DNA of 34,456 nucleotides from a virus (taxonomy: Duplodnaviria; Caudoviricetes): IMG/VR virus record IMGVR_UViG_3300048854_000098, positions 1 through 34,456 of that record; one strand, written 5' to 3'. The notes under the pieces were generated by a model, which worked only from the letters and a program-made list of their open reading frames with translations, ran no database searches and was not told the DNA's origin. Shown piece after piece: positions 9,054 to 17,857 of this stretch. A program made the position numbers and the translations under genes. Numbering within the stretch: position 1 is the first letter of the stretch; each line of letters begins with the position of its first letter.

Positions 9054-9133
9054 AAAAAGCCCCGCATAAGCGAGGCTGTGAGGGTGTTCGTGTTACGCGT
9101 AACGGAAAGAAAACGCCCCGTCAGTGCGGAGCG
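9054..9133 (-). terminator. Two tandem intrinsic terminators between the fibre chaperone and sheath genes
   Basis: Hairpins at 9058-9077 and 9114-9133, each preceded on + by an A-run (U-tail on -). Confidence 0.6.
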
Positions 9134-9134
9134 C

Positions 9135-9563
9135 TTATTGAAGCTGACCGAACAGCCACTGCGGTGCGACCGGGCGGTGATCGATCAGTGGGAATTGCCC
9201 CCCTTGCGGCCAGTCACGCAACAGCCGACGATAACCTTGCAGCTCGGTATATTGCTCAGGCGTGATCGAGGTCGACCCGCCTTCCTCGACCTCGTCGCGA
9301 TGGCGTGAAACCAGAGGGTCAGTAGCCGCCAATTGCCGATCACGCCAAACACGCTCAGCGGCGGCCAGCACCTCAGCGCTAGGCGCCGGCCGCTCGACAA
9401 GGATAGGGCCGCCGAACTCGTCAGCAGCGACAACCATTCCGACAGACTGACCCTCCAGAATCGCGCGACGCTGCTCATCGGAGACCTCGACCCCGTCATC
9501 AGGTACGCGGCTGTTGATGGTGTCGTCGTAGAAGCCGCACTCAGACGCACTAAAAAAAATCAT
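9135..9563 (-). CDS. Tail fibre assembly chaperone
   Basis: Start ATG 9563 (MIFFSASECGFYD); ERVWRD..L..TD, YR..LRDWP....FP....RP.AP.W motifs. Confidence 0.85.
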   Translation of the reverse strand: MIFFSASECGFYDDTINSRVPDDGVEVSDEQRRAILEGQSVGMVVAADEFGGPILVERPAPSAEVLAAAERVWRDRQLAATDPLVSRHRDEVEEGGSTSITPEQYTELQGYRRLLRDWPQGGQFPLIDHRPVAPQWLFGQLQ

Positions 9564-9565
9564 GA

Positions 9566-11104
9566 TCAATACCCCCACGCGCGCCAGGTTACGAGTTGAC
9601 TTACCGAGGTCTGAGGCCCCGTGTTTGCGTTGATAGCAATGGTGCTCAAGCTGGCACCGTTCTTTCTCGCACCGGCAATCGCGAACTCACCACCAGAGAT
9701 CGCCAATGAGTTGGACACTGACGCCATCGCCCCGAGAATTGCCGCAGGGAATGCGATGGGCAGCGTAATGTACGATTCAGTGTTGTCATTGATCGTTACG
9801 GTTCCCCACTGCTCGATCAAACCTGACGGATACCGTTGATAGCCATTGGCAAAAAGCCCGGCGAGTCCAGATCCGCCCACCGCGAGCCAGTTCACACCTG
9901 TTGCGATAAATTCTGTCGCAACGCCGTTACCCAGCACCACACTGTTCGAACCCACCTGATTGCCATTTGGCCCAGTGATTGCGCCGTTAATTGACCTTAC
10001 AGTACAGACGGTCATTGCTCCCGCCTGAATGTAAATACGACTTCCAAGGGGCAACAGCGTGACATCAGGCAGCGTTAGAGTGACAGTCGCCCCGCTTGCA
10101 TAGACGTACTTGCCGACATCTACCGCCGTTAAAACCGTATTTACCGCATAGGCGACGTACCCAGCCAAACTTCCCGCCGCGCGCTGCACAAACTCGGTCG
10201 TGGCAAGTTTCGATGAATTATCAAATTGCGGCTGTGTGTTGGCCGATGGGTTAACCAATGTCGGAGCATTGATTGGCGCAAAGCCTTGCGTCACGTTTTG
10301 GAATGTCAGCGCCGTTGTACCTAAGACAATCGCCCCGTCGGTAATCAACTGCCAACGGGTGTCGGCCAACGTGGTGCCCTGTTCGACCGATACCAACAGC
10401 GCCGATGTGACCTCTGTATTGAAGTCCGCATCCGACGCTCGCGACCAGCCCGCCGCTGCCGCGACCCATATTCCGTTGTCCTTGGCAGCAGTCTGGTTTT
10501 TCACCAGTACCCGATCACCGACAACCAGTGCCACGCCGTCGATGGACTGAAGCCCGGACAGCACGATGTTTGCCGTCGTCGCGAGCCGCACCGACTGCTT
10601 GTTGTCGAGCTTGTACAGCTCTTCCAGAATCTTCGCGTCGACGTATTCGCGTGTAGCCAGCACCACTGCCGGATCGATCTTGAGCTGAATATTGCCAGTG
10701 CTGGTGACGATGAAGTTCATGCGCACAATTTGCGTGCGGCCTGAACCCTGCGACAGCAGTGGCTTGAAGCTAGGCGCACAGTTGGCCACTGCCACCAGGT
10801 CACCGTCCGCGTCGTAAAGGCCGATCTCACGAATCCACTTGCCACCTTCGTCTGCCGGGATGACCTGTTCGGCGATTATGATCGCTGGATTGTTTGGATC
10901 GACCTTGAGCTGATTCAACGGCCGGCGCCGCCATTCGTTGATCAGTTTGGTTTGCAGCCGATCAGGAATGGGATCGGTGCCGTTAGCATCACCTACGCCC
11001 ATTTGGCTGATCAGCCAGGGAACACCGAGTGCATCGGCATTTGCTTGCTTCGCCTCTCCGACCTTGGTCAGGATGGCGAAAAACTGCGAGTTCGCATCAA
11101 TCAT
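9566..11104 (-). CDS. Tail fibre protein (P2 gpH-like N-terminus, variable receptor-binding C-terminus)
   Basis: IREIGLYD.DG.LVAVAN, LKIDPAVVLATR N-terminal collar; NGYQRYPSGLIEQWG C-terminal module. Confidence 0.93.
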   Translation of the reverse strand: MIDANSQFFAILTKVGEAKQANADALGVPWLISQMGVGDANGTDPIPDRLQTKLINEWRRRPLNQLKVDPNNPAIIIAEQVIPADEGGKWIREIGLYDADGDLVAVANCAPSFKPLLSQGSGRTQIVRMNFIVTSTGNIQLKIDPAVVLATREYVDAKILEELYKLDNKQSVRLATTANIVLSGLQSIDGVALVVGDRVLVKNQTAAKDNGIWVAAAAGWSRASDADFNTEVTSALLVSVEQGTTLADTRWQLITDGAIVLGTTALTFQNVTQGFAPINAPTLVNPSANTQPQFDNSSKLATTEFVQRAAGSLAGYVAYAVNTVLTAVDVGKYVYASGATVTLTLPDVTLLPLGSRIYIQAGAMTVCTVRSINGAITGPNGNQVGSNSVVLGNGVATEFIATGVNWLAVGGSGLAGLFANGYQRYPSGLIEQWGTVTINDNTESYITLPIAFPAAILGAMASVSNSLAISGGEFAIAGARKNGASLSTIAINANTGPQTSVSQLVTWRAWGY

Positions 11105-11706
11105 TGGTAAACGTCCAGAGTGTCTACGGAGTGTTCGCGCCCGACCACGCCAAAGCTGCCGGTGACTTCGATGTCACGCATCACTGGCGGGTAAACGTCG
11201 ATTACGTCGCCCTCGTACAGAGCGACACTGATGTTCAAGTTGCCTTGGGTTTCGAGGCTGATGGCAAGGCCGGTCAGTTGCCGGCTGACCGGTTTGGCGT
11301 CATCAATCAGACGTTCCAGTTCGAGGTACATCTCCTCGGTGATGCCGGTGTCGAGTACACCGACCTTCAGCGCGAACGTGCCCGGCACGCCTTCCGGTAC
11401 GCTTTGCCACCACTCCAGCACCTCGATCAGGTAACCCAGTGGCTCAACCACCCGACGCAGAGCGCCGATAGTGCCCTTGTGCTTGTGGATGTAAAACGAG
11501 GCCTTGATCGCGGCGCGTTTGACCGGTTCCGGCCAAGCAGGGTCCCAGCGGTCGACCGACCAAGCCCAGGCCAGATGCGGCAACAGATGAGCCGGACAGG
11601 TGTCGGGGTTGTACAGCGTGCGTAGCGGAATCAGCGTGGTCTCGGCAAAGGTCGCCTCGATAGCCCGTTCTAGGGGAGTGCTGTTGAGCGGTAGAAGACT
11701 ACGCAT
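11101..11706 (-). CDS. Baseplate/tail protein I (P2 gpI-like)
   Basis: LLP.N.T.LERA, CP.HLLP.LAWAWSVD.W, HKHKGT motifs. Confidence 0.94.
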   Translation of the reverse strand: MRSLLPLNSTPLERAIEATFAETTLIPLRTLYNPDTCPAHLLPHLAWAWSVDRWDPAWPEPVKRAAIKASFYIHKHKGTIGALRRVVEPLGYLIEVLEWWQSVPEGVPGTFALKVGVLDTGITEEMYLELERLIDDAKPVSRQLTGLAISLETQGNLNISVALYEGDVIDVYPPVMRDIEVTGSFGVVGREHSVDTLDVYQ

Positions 11707-11707
11707 A

Positions 11708-12592
11708 TCAGCCTCCCAATACGACGGTGTACCCAGTGCAGTACGCCGCCTGCGCCTTGGTTGGTTTCAGATCCTGCCAGTCCTTGAGTTCAACGCGGGC
11801 CACACCGGCGACGTGCAACTGCGCATCGACACCCGAGCGCGCTACCTCGACACCCAAGCGACGGCGCGGATTGATCCAGGCCTCAAGACGCTTGATCGCC
11901 TCGGCGAGCGCGGCGTCGTTTTCCGGTCCGGTACCTTTCATGTGCAGCACCGCATCAATCCGGTAACGCAGGATCTCGGCGCCGCGTACCGTGACCCGGT
12001 CACCGACCGGGCGCACGTCGTCATCATTCACAGCCTTGGCGACCAAGGCCAGCAGCTCAGGCCCAACTGCACCGTCCCCTTCGAGGCCCAGCACTGTCAC
12101 GTCGACGCAGGCCGGCGCCGGGCTTTCAGCCGTGGCATCGGCGACCAGTGCCGAGGCGTTACGGGCGTGCAAGATGTAGCTATTGCGTGGTCCCGCTGTG
12201 GTCAACCCTTCGTAAGCCATCTGCACACGCTCACGCAGAGCATCGTAGGATTCCAGCACCGCCTCAATCGGCGGCACCGCCTGCGGATCCGCCGCTTGAA
12301 TCACCAGGCGCTTGAGATTGACGTTGGCGGCCAGTTGCTCCAGATCAGCGCCGATGGCATACGCCAGCAGCTGCGCCTTGGCCGCGTCGTTAACCCGCGC
12401 CCGGTTGCCGAGTTTGATGTAACTGCCGACTTCCAGCAGCTTGGTCACCGGATCGCTCTCCAGCGCCGCTGTCCAGTTGCCGCCCATGTAACCGCGAAAA
12501 ACGTCCAGCGCTTCGCTGTACACCTCTTCGAAGTCCAGCGGCTCCAGCACATCCGGTGCGGGCAGTTCCGTCAGATCCACCAGCGTACTCAT
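11708..12592 (-). CDS. Baseplate assembly protein J
   Basis: Start ATG 12592; LPAPDV.E.LDFE, LESDP, TAGP..SY..HA, VRPVGDRV motifs. Confidence 0.94.
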   Translation of the reverse strand: MSTLVDLTELPAPDVLEPLDFEEVYSEALDVFRGYMGGNWTAALESDPVTKLLEVGSYIKLGNRARVNDAAKAQLLAYAIGADLEQLAANVNLKRLVIQAADPQAVPPIEAVLESYDALRERVQMAYEGLTTAGPRNSYILHARNASALVADATAESPAPACVDVTVLGLEGDGAVGPELLALVAKAVNDDDVRPVGDRVTVRGAEILRYRIDAVLHMKGTGPENDAALAEAIKRLEAWINPRRRLGVEVARSGVDAQLHVAGVARVELKDWQDLKPTKAQAAYCTGYTVVLGG

Positions 12593-12915
12593 ACCCACAC
12601 CTCCAACGTGCCGCGCTCACCGAGATACTCGCCGCTGATTCTGAAATTGATTTTCCCGCCCAACACCGAGATGGCGACGACGCGCTCAAGCTTCAGTCGC
12701 GGTTCCCACTGGCGCAGCGCCCGGGCCGCTTCCGCTTGAGCGGCGCTTTTCCAGCCTTCGTTGATGGGCAGGTCGACCATGCGCCGCAGCTTGCTGCCGT
12801 ACTCCTGACGCTCGCGGCGGCTCAGCAGCGGCGTGCCGAGGATGTCCGCCACCGACTGACGTAAATGCTCGATGCCGGAGATGGGTTGCCCGGTGTGGCG
12901 ATCCATTCCGATCAT
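12589..12915 (-). CDS. Baseplate protein W (gpW/gp25 family)
   Basis: Start ATG 12915; GMDR.TG..ISG.EHLRQS..DIL.TP, WEPRL motifs. Confidence 0.93.
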   Translation of the reverse strand: MIGMDRHTGQPISGIEHLRQSVADILGTPLLSRRERQEYGSKLRRMVDLPINEGWKSAAQAEAARALRQWEPRLKLERVVAISVLGGKINFRISGEYLGERGTLEVWV

Positions 12916-12920
12916 CGGTT

Positions 12921-13151
12921 TTACTCCTTGAGCTGCTCGAACTCGGCGTGGGCTTTGAGGCACTTCAGCGCCACATCGTCGGTGCCATCAACCGATACCT
13001 GGGCTTTCGCTACGGCCAAGGTGCGGCCGTCAGGCAAGATGACCGTGCGCGAGGTATAGAGGGTGTCGCGAAAGGTCACGGTCGAGGTCATCTGTACTGC
13101 GCTGATCGAGACAAGCTCAGGCGCAGCCAAATCATCTTGATGTTTGGCCAT
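12921..13151 (-). CDS. Small hypothetical protein between spike and gpW
   Basis: 76-aa ORF with GGAGA RBS, in operon orientation. Confidence 0.7.
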   Translation of the reverse strand: MAKHQDDLAAPELVSISAVQMTSTVTFRDTLYTSRTVILPDGRTLAVAKAQVSVDGTDDVALKCLKAHAEFEQLKE

Positions 13152-13167
13152 GATTTCTCCAGGCATG

Positions 13168-13190
13168 AAAAAGCCCGCACGCGGCGGGCT
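13168..13190 (-). terminator. Intrinsic terminator after the spike gene
   Basis: agcccgc-acgcg-gcgggct with A-run on +. Confidence 0.6.
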
Positions 13191-13204
13191 GAATGAGTGA
13201 TGAG

Positions 13205-13792
13205 TCAGTGCTTGTGGTGGTTGTCACTTTGGCCGGCGGCCAGAATGTCGGCATCGCTGGTGATGCTCTGTGTCGCGTGCAGCGGGCCGTCGATGGTGAC
13301 CGGCCCTTTGATGTTCACGGCGCCCTCCAGATCGATCGTTCCCGACTTCACGCTGACAGCGTTGTCGGTGACTTCGGCCAGTGTTGAACCGACCTTGATG
13401 GTGACCGTACCGCTCGGCAGAGTGATGGTGTAACTGTTGGCCTGCCAGTCGTAGACCAGTGAGCCTCCATCATCGAAACGCCAGACCTCGACGTGGTCGC
13501 GGTTGTCCGGTGGCGGGCCACCATTGCCGTAAAGACCAGGAATGAATGTGCCCTGTGCTACATCGCCGCTGGCACTGATCAAAGTGCCCTGCTCGTCGAT
13601 GCTCGGTGCCCGCCAGTGCCGCGCCTTGCCAGCTGCAACGCTATGCCAGCGCACCCAGCCGCTGACCCACTCCCCGTCCGAGACTCGACACACCGGAGGT
13701 GACGCGGCGAGATCCACCGCCACCACGTAGCAATCCTTGACCAGGCCGGCGAGCATGCGGTCGTGCTGAGCCGCGACGTAACCGGAACTCAT
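13205..13792 (-). CDS. Baseplate spike, P2 gpV family
   Basis: WRAPS..EQ, RFDDG...YD, beta-helix repeats, C-terminal H-x-H metal-binding tip. Confidence 0.94.
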   Translation of the reverse strand: MSSGYVAAQHDRMLAGLVKDCYVVAVDLAASPPVCRVSDGEWVSGWVRWHSVAAGKARHWRAPSIDEQGTLISASGDVAQGTFIPGLYGNGGPPPDNRDHVEVWRFDDGGSLVYDWQANSYTITLPSGTVTIKVGSTLAEVTDNAVSVKSGTIDLEGAVNIKGPVTIDGPLHATQSITSDADILAAGQSDNHHKH

Positions 13793-14310
13793 TGCACATC
13801 CTCCGGACGGAACGGGCCGTCGCCTGGCTCAATGTTCAGCAGCAGGGTGCCCGGTGGCTGATCCGGCCAAGGCCATTCGGCCTCACCGAGGTAGATCTGC
13901 TGCGTCCATTCCACGACCCAGACGGTGTAGCCGTCCAGTTCGGGTTTGGTCCAGTCCTGCATGGCCTGCACGAACTCGGCCGGCTCGACCTCCACGCCCC
14001 AGCACTGCATGCGCAGCAACGCGGCGAGGTGGCCCGCCAGGAACACCGCCTGTTGATGATCATCTGGCTGAATCGGATCGGTGATCACCCGAGCCTCGAA
14101 CTTGCAGGCTAAGCCGGTTTCACCAGTTCCCGGATCGAGACCCGGCTCCATCTCGGCCAATTCGATCAGCACCGCAGGCAGCGGTAAGCGATCCAAATCA
14201 TCCGGCCACATGCACACCGTCTGCAGGTACGGAAAGTGTTGCTGAATGCGCTGCTCGATGGCGCGATACAGCTGCTCAAGACTGAACGGCTCGTCGACTT
14301 GATCCGTCAC
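13789..14310 (-). CDS. Tail completion/terminator (collar) protein, PA0615-like
   Basis: PAVLIELAEMEPG.DPGTG, W.VEWTQ.IYLG motifs; position before the spike. Confidence 0.7.
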   Translation of the reverse strand: MTDQVDEPFSLEQLYRAIEQRIQQHFPYLQTVCMWPDDLDRLPLPAVLIELAEMEPGLDPGTGETGLACKFEARVITDPIQPDDHQQAVFLAGHLAALLRMQCWGVEVEPAEFVQAMQDWTKPELDGYTVWVVEWTQQIYLGEAEWPWPDQPPGTLLLNIEPGDGPFRPEDVQ

Positions 14311-14311
14311 G

Positions 14312-14968
14312 TCATTTCCCCTTCAAGTGCTTCTGCACTTCGAAATTGAGTTCCTGCTGCAGGACATGCATCAGGTGTTCGTCAGCCTTACGTACCCAGC
14401 TCTCGAAGTGCGGGCGGGCCTGCTCCAACGACACCTTGGCCTTGGCCAGCGGGAAGCGATTGTCGTGCTCGGCGATCCAACCCGAACTCGCGCCGACCGC
14501 ACCGCTGACATCGCTGTCGGGATAATCGCTCGCCCTGAAGTGCTTGCTGCCGGTACGAATCCAGACGTCTGCGCTGTTGCCGTAGACCTTTTTGAAGAAC
14601 GCGCCCTGAAAGCGCCGGCCGGCAACCGAGACACCGGAGCGACTCTGCCGAGGCCGGCCGATACGGCTGGCCTCCATGGCGTTGAGGCCGAACCACAATT
14701 TGCCGCTGTTGGCCCCGCCACTGACCGGGTAGGCCCGCAGGCGCTGACGTACAGCAGCGACCGCAATGCGTTCCTGCCGGCCGACGGCGCGGGCAATTTG
14801 TGTGGCAAGCCAGCGCAGGGTTTTGTTGATGGCCCGGCGCTGGGCGTTGGCCGCTGCTTTTGGCAGCACGGCAGCAAAGTCCTGAAAGGCTTTCAGGTCT
14901 GCCGCCGAGGTCTGCAACGAGATCATCCCGCCGCCAGCCGAGGGCTTGAAGTGACTGCCGACACTCAT
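14312..14968 (-). CDS. Neck/minor tail protein, lambda gpZ-like
   Basis: Basic protein, RRAINKT motif, GAFF; between head closure and tail terminator. Confidence 0.7.
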   Translation of the reverse strand: MSVGSHFKPSAGGGMISLQTSAADLKAFQDFAAVLPKAAANAQRRAINKTLRWLATQIARAVGRQERIAVAAVRQRLRAYPVSGGANSGKLWFGLNAMEASRIGRPRQSRSGVSVAGRRFQGAFFKKVYGNSADVWIRTGSKHFRASDYPDSDVSGAVGASSGWIAEHDNRFPLAKAKVSLEQARPHFESWVRKADEHLMHVLQQELNFEVQKHLKGK

Positions 14969-15285
14969 GGTCGCTTCCTTAGAATCAGGGCGACCAGACC
15001 GTCACCGGTGGGCTCAAGCTGCAGCAAGTCGTAGTCCCCGCCACCATCCAGGCCCGGTACGTCAACGCTTACCAGCAGCCCCTTGCTCAGACCATCGGCA
15101 TCAGCAACGCGGACCTCGAAGCGCGGCTCACGAATGGCGGTATTCATCCGCCCGATCCGCGGTTGCAACCAGGGCGCCGAGAACATGCCAAGTACCGGTT
15201 CACTACGCCCTTCGATCCGCGCACTGTCGCCCAAGGTTTCAAAGACGATGTCGTCGACATCGGCCATCAGCTCGCGAATGCCCAT
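14965..15285 (-). CDS. Head-tail joining (head closure) protein
   Basis: Start ATG 15285; 106 aa directly after the capsid gene. Confidence 0.7.
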   Translation of the reverse strand: MGIRELMADVDDIVFETLGDSARIEGRSEPVLGMFSAPWLQPRIGRMNTAIREPRFEVRVADADGLSKGLLVSVDVPGLDGGGDYDLLQLEPTGDGLVALILRKRP

Positions 15286-15287
15286 GA

Positions 15288-16283
15288 CTACATCTCCAAC
15301 AGGATCTGCGCCAGCGGCCGAGTGCACATGTGCAGTGGGTTGGACTGCGCCTCACCGGCCATGCCCTTGTTGAACGGTAACGGCTCTATCTTGCTGTAGT
15401 ACGGCACGCCTTCAGTGTTGACCGTTTCCATGTAGTCGGCCGGCGCAAACACCGAGATGTACAGATCAGGGACGCCTTCGGGAATCAGCAACGCTTTGTC
15501 GTCGTGCACGAAAGTGACGCCGGCAATTTTGCCGCGGTAGCGCTCCCAGGTGATGCCGCCGTAATCGAAACTTTCACGCGCATCACCGCGCAATGAGGCC
15601 GCCTGCTGCGTATTAAGGTAGGTGTCTTTCACCTCCTTCAGTTTTAGCATCGCGTTCCAGAAGTTCTTACCACAGAACGCGCGCGAACCACTGCGTGTAA
15701 CGCTCCCGAGAGCGTCTTCTTGCAAATCCAGCGCATCACCACACTTGATACGAAAGGCCTCGTCCGAGCCTCCAAAGCCCATCGACAAGCTTTTTCGCTT
15801 CACTCCGAAACGCTCATAAAGATCGAGCAATACCGTTTTGCCGTCGGCGTCGTAGATCTTGCCGTTCAGTGCGCCCAGTCGCTGGAACTCATGGGTGATG
15901 TCCAGCTGACGGCGCGCCTTGGCCAGACGTTTGTTGACCACGTCCTGCACCGACTGCAACTCCGAGCGCGTACCGAAGGCGCGAATACCCTGGATCTCGT
16001 CAGCCTTGATGGTGAAGCGCTCAGGCAAATGCACGGTGTTGAACGGGATCAGGTTGCGCTTGCTGCCCGACACCACCAGACCGGAGGTGCCGCGCTCACC
16101 GGCCGGTACCAGGGCGAGGGTGTCGCCATCTTTCTCGATCTGCACCGTCAGGGTGGTGATGCCTTCCTCCTGAAACAGACCCAGGCTACCAATACGCCCG
16201 GGAACGTATTCCTGTTCGTTGATGGCAGCGGTCAACGAGGACACCGAGAATGCCTCGTCGTTGAAGATTTGAATGTCAGCCAT
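15288..16283 (-). CDS. Major capsid protein, lambda gpE family
   Basis: Start ATG 16283 with GGAGA RBS; LGLF.E.GI, T.EF.RLGAL.G, EAQSNPL motifs. Confidence 0.93.
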   Translation of the reverse strand: MADIQIFNDEAFSVSSLTAAINEQEYVPGRIGSLGLFQEEGITTLTVQIEKDGDTLALVPAGERGTSGLVVSGSKRNLIPFNTVHLPERFTIKADEIQGIRAFGTRSELQSVQDVVNKRLAKARRQLDITHEFQRLGALNGKIYDADGKTVLLDLYERFGVKRKSLSMGFGGSDEAFRIKCGDALDLQEDALGSVTRSGSRAFCGKNFWNAMLKLKEVKDTYLNTQQAASLRGDARESFDYGGITWERYRGKIAGVTFVHDDKALLIPEGVPDLYISVFAPADYMETVNTEGVPYYSKIEPLPFNKGMAGEAQSNPLHMCTRPLAQILLEM

Positions 16284-16302
16284 GAAGCAGTCTCCAGAAA
16301 AC

Positions 16303-16325
16303 AAAAAACCCGCACAGGGCGGGCT
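16303..16325 (-). terminator. Intrinsic terminator between decoration and capsid genes
   Basis: acccgc-acagg-gcgggc with A-run on +. Confidence 0.55.
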
Positions 16326-16346
16326 GAAAATTTGAAGGCAATTGCC

Positions 16347-16691
16347 TTAACGGACGATCACGTTATGGGCAGCCAGCGCTTTTTCGGCCGCCAGATCCAG
16401 ACCGGTCAGGTGCGCTTCGCTGACCTCGGCGAGCCGCACCACGGCGCGCCCGCGACGGACGATGTCGGACGTGCTCAGCGGGCCGAAAAGAATCGCCTGC
16501 GCGTTCTCACTGCCGTCTTCAGCGGTCGGGTTATACGGTGCGAATTCGCCGGTGGCAGTGACTAGGCCGAGGATCTGTCCAGGCTCCAGCGCCGGGCCGG
16601 CGGCGACGTTGATTGCTTCGCGAGAAATGGTGCCAGCGCCCTCGGACAGGAGGAATTCCCCGGCGTGCATCGGTTCACGTTGAATGTTCAT
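16347..16691 (-). CDS. Head decoration protein (lambda gpD-like)
   Basis: GEFLLSE..G.ISRE, GQILG, DGSE.A.AIL motifs. Confidence 0.88.
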   Translation of the reverse strand: MNIQREPMHAGEFLLSEGAGTISREAINVAAGPALEPGQILGLVTATGEFAPYNPTAEDGSENAQAILFGPLSTSDIVRRGRAVVRLAEVSEAHLTGLDLAAEKALAAHNVIVR

Positions 16692-17857
16692 GCAGTAGCT
16701 CCAGTAAGTGAGGTTCGTTTGCCGGTCTGCGCCGCTTGGCGTGCGGACCAGATCGAGGGCTGGTCGATCTGCTTGGCCTGCACCTTCGGCGGCGGGTCAT
16801 CGGCCAGCGGCAGGCTGTTGTCGATTTCAAAACCCTTGCCGCTGCCTACCAGTTTGTCGAACAGCCGGGCACGTACCGCCGACGTATCCAGGCCGGCCGA
16901 AACGTACTCGGCACTGAATTCCGGCAACCGTGCCGCTACGCACAAGTCGTTGATGGCTTTGGCCTGGGTCAGCGCCGCCTGCACCACCGATTCGTTTTCC
17001 AGATTGGTGACAGCGAGCAGCGGCTCGATCAAGTTGCTGATGCCCGCCGCCGTGCAACGCTGGCTGATCAGCACCGCGAGTTGTGCAGCATTGGTCGCCG
17101 GTGCCGGCGGGTCATCCGGGATCGGCGGCGCAGGCTCCGGTGTGGGTTCGGGTTCCGGATCTGTCGGTTCATCCAGTTGAGCCAGCAGCACGGCCGGGGC
17201 ATGCTGGAAACGCTGCAGCACGGCGCCCTGCCCCAGGCACGCTTTGACCATGACGCCATCGCCGACCTCGTCGGCAAGTCCCAGCGCCACCGCCTCATTC
17301 GCCGTCAACCAGGTCTCAGCCGCAACCAGGCGGCGCAGTTCGGTTTCATCGACGTCCGGCGCCTTGGCCTTGTACGCCGCGATGATGGCTTCCATGGTCT
17401 GGTCCAACACATCGGCGACCTTGCGAAAGCTCTCGGCGTCGCCGGCGGCGTAGGTCCAGGGGTTGTGAATCATCAGCATGGCGTTAGACGCGATCACCAC
17501 CCGGTGCGCGCCACACACGGCCACGCTGGCTGCGCTTGCCGCCAGAGCATCGACCCGACCAGTGCAGCGCTCGCCCAACCGCGACAGCGCGTTATGCATT
17601 GCCAGCCCATCGAAAAGATCACCGCCGACGCTGTTGAAGGCCGCCACTACGGGCGACACGCCGTCGTCCATGGCGCGCAGATCCTGGACAAACTGATTGG
17701 CGGTGACGCCCCAGGTACCGATCTCGCCGTAGACGAACACTTCAATCGTGCGCTGCTCGGCTTCGCCGTTGGCCTGCATGGCGTACCAGCTCTTGTCCGA
17801 GACCTGCACCCGCTCGCCGGCCTTGTTGTAAATGCGCGGTCGCGCGTGTTTGCTCAT
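16688..17857 (-). CDS. ClpP-like head maturation protease with C-terminal scaffold region
   Basis: NS.GGD.FDG, DALAASAAS, MLMIHNPW, ETWLTA.EA...G.AD; Pro-rich linker. Confidence 0.93.
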   Translation of the reverse strand: MSKHARPRIYNKAGERVQVSDKSWYAMQANGEAEQRTIEVFVYGEIGTWGVTANQFVQDLRAMDDGVSPVVAAFNSVGGDLFDGLAMHNALSRLGERCTGRVDALAASAASVAVCGAHRVVIASNAMLMIHNPWTYAAGDAESFRKVADVLDQTMEAIIAAYKAKAPDVDETELRRLVAAETWLTANEAVALGLADEVGDGVMVKACLGQGAVLQRFQHAPAVLLAQLDEPTDPEPEPTPEPAPPIPDDPPAPATNAAQLAVLISQRCTAAGISNLIEPLLAVTNLENESVVQAALTQAKAINDLCVAARLPEFSAEYVSAGLDTSAVRARLFDKLVGSGKGFEIDNSLPLADDPPPKVQAKQIDQPSIWSARQAAQTGKRTSLTGATA

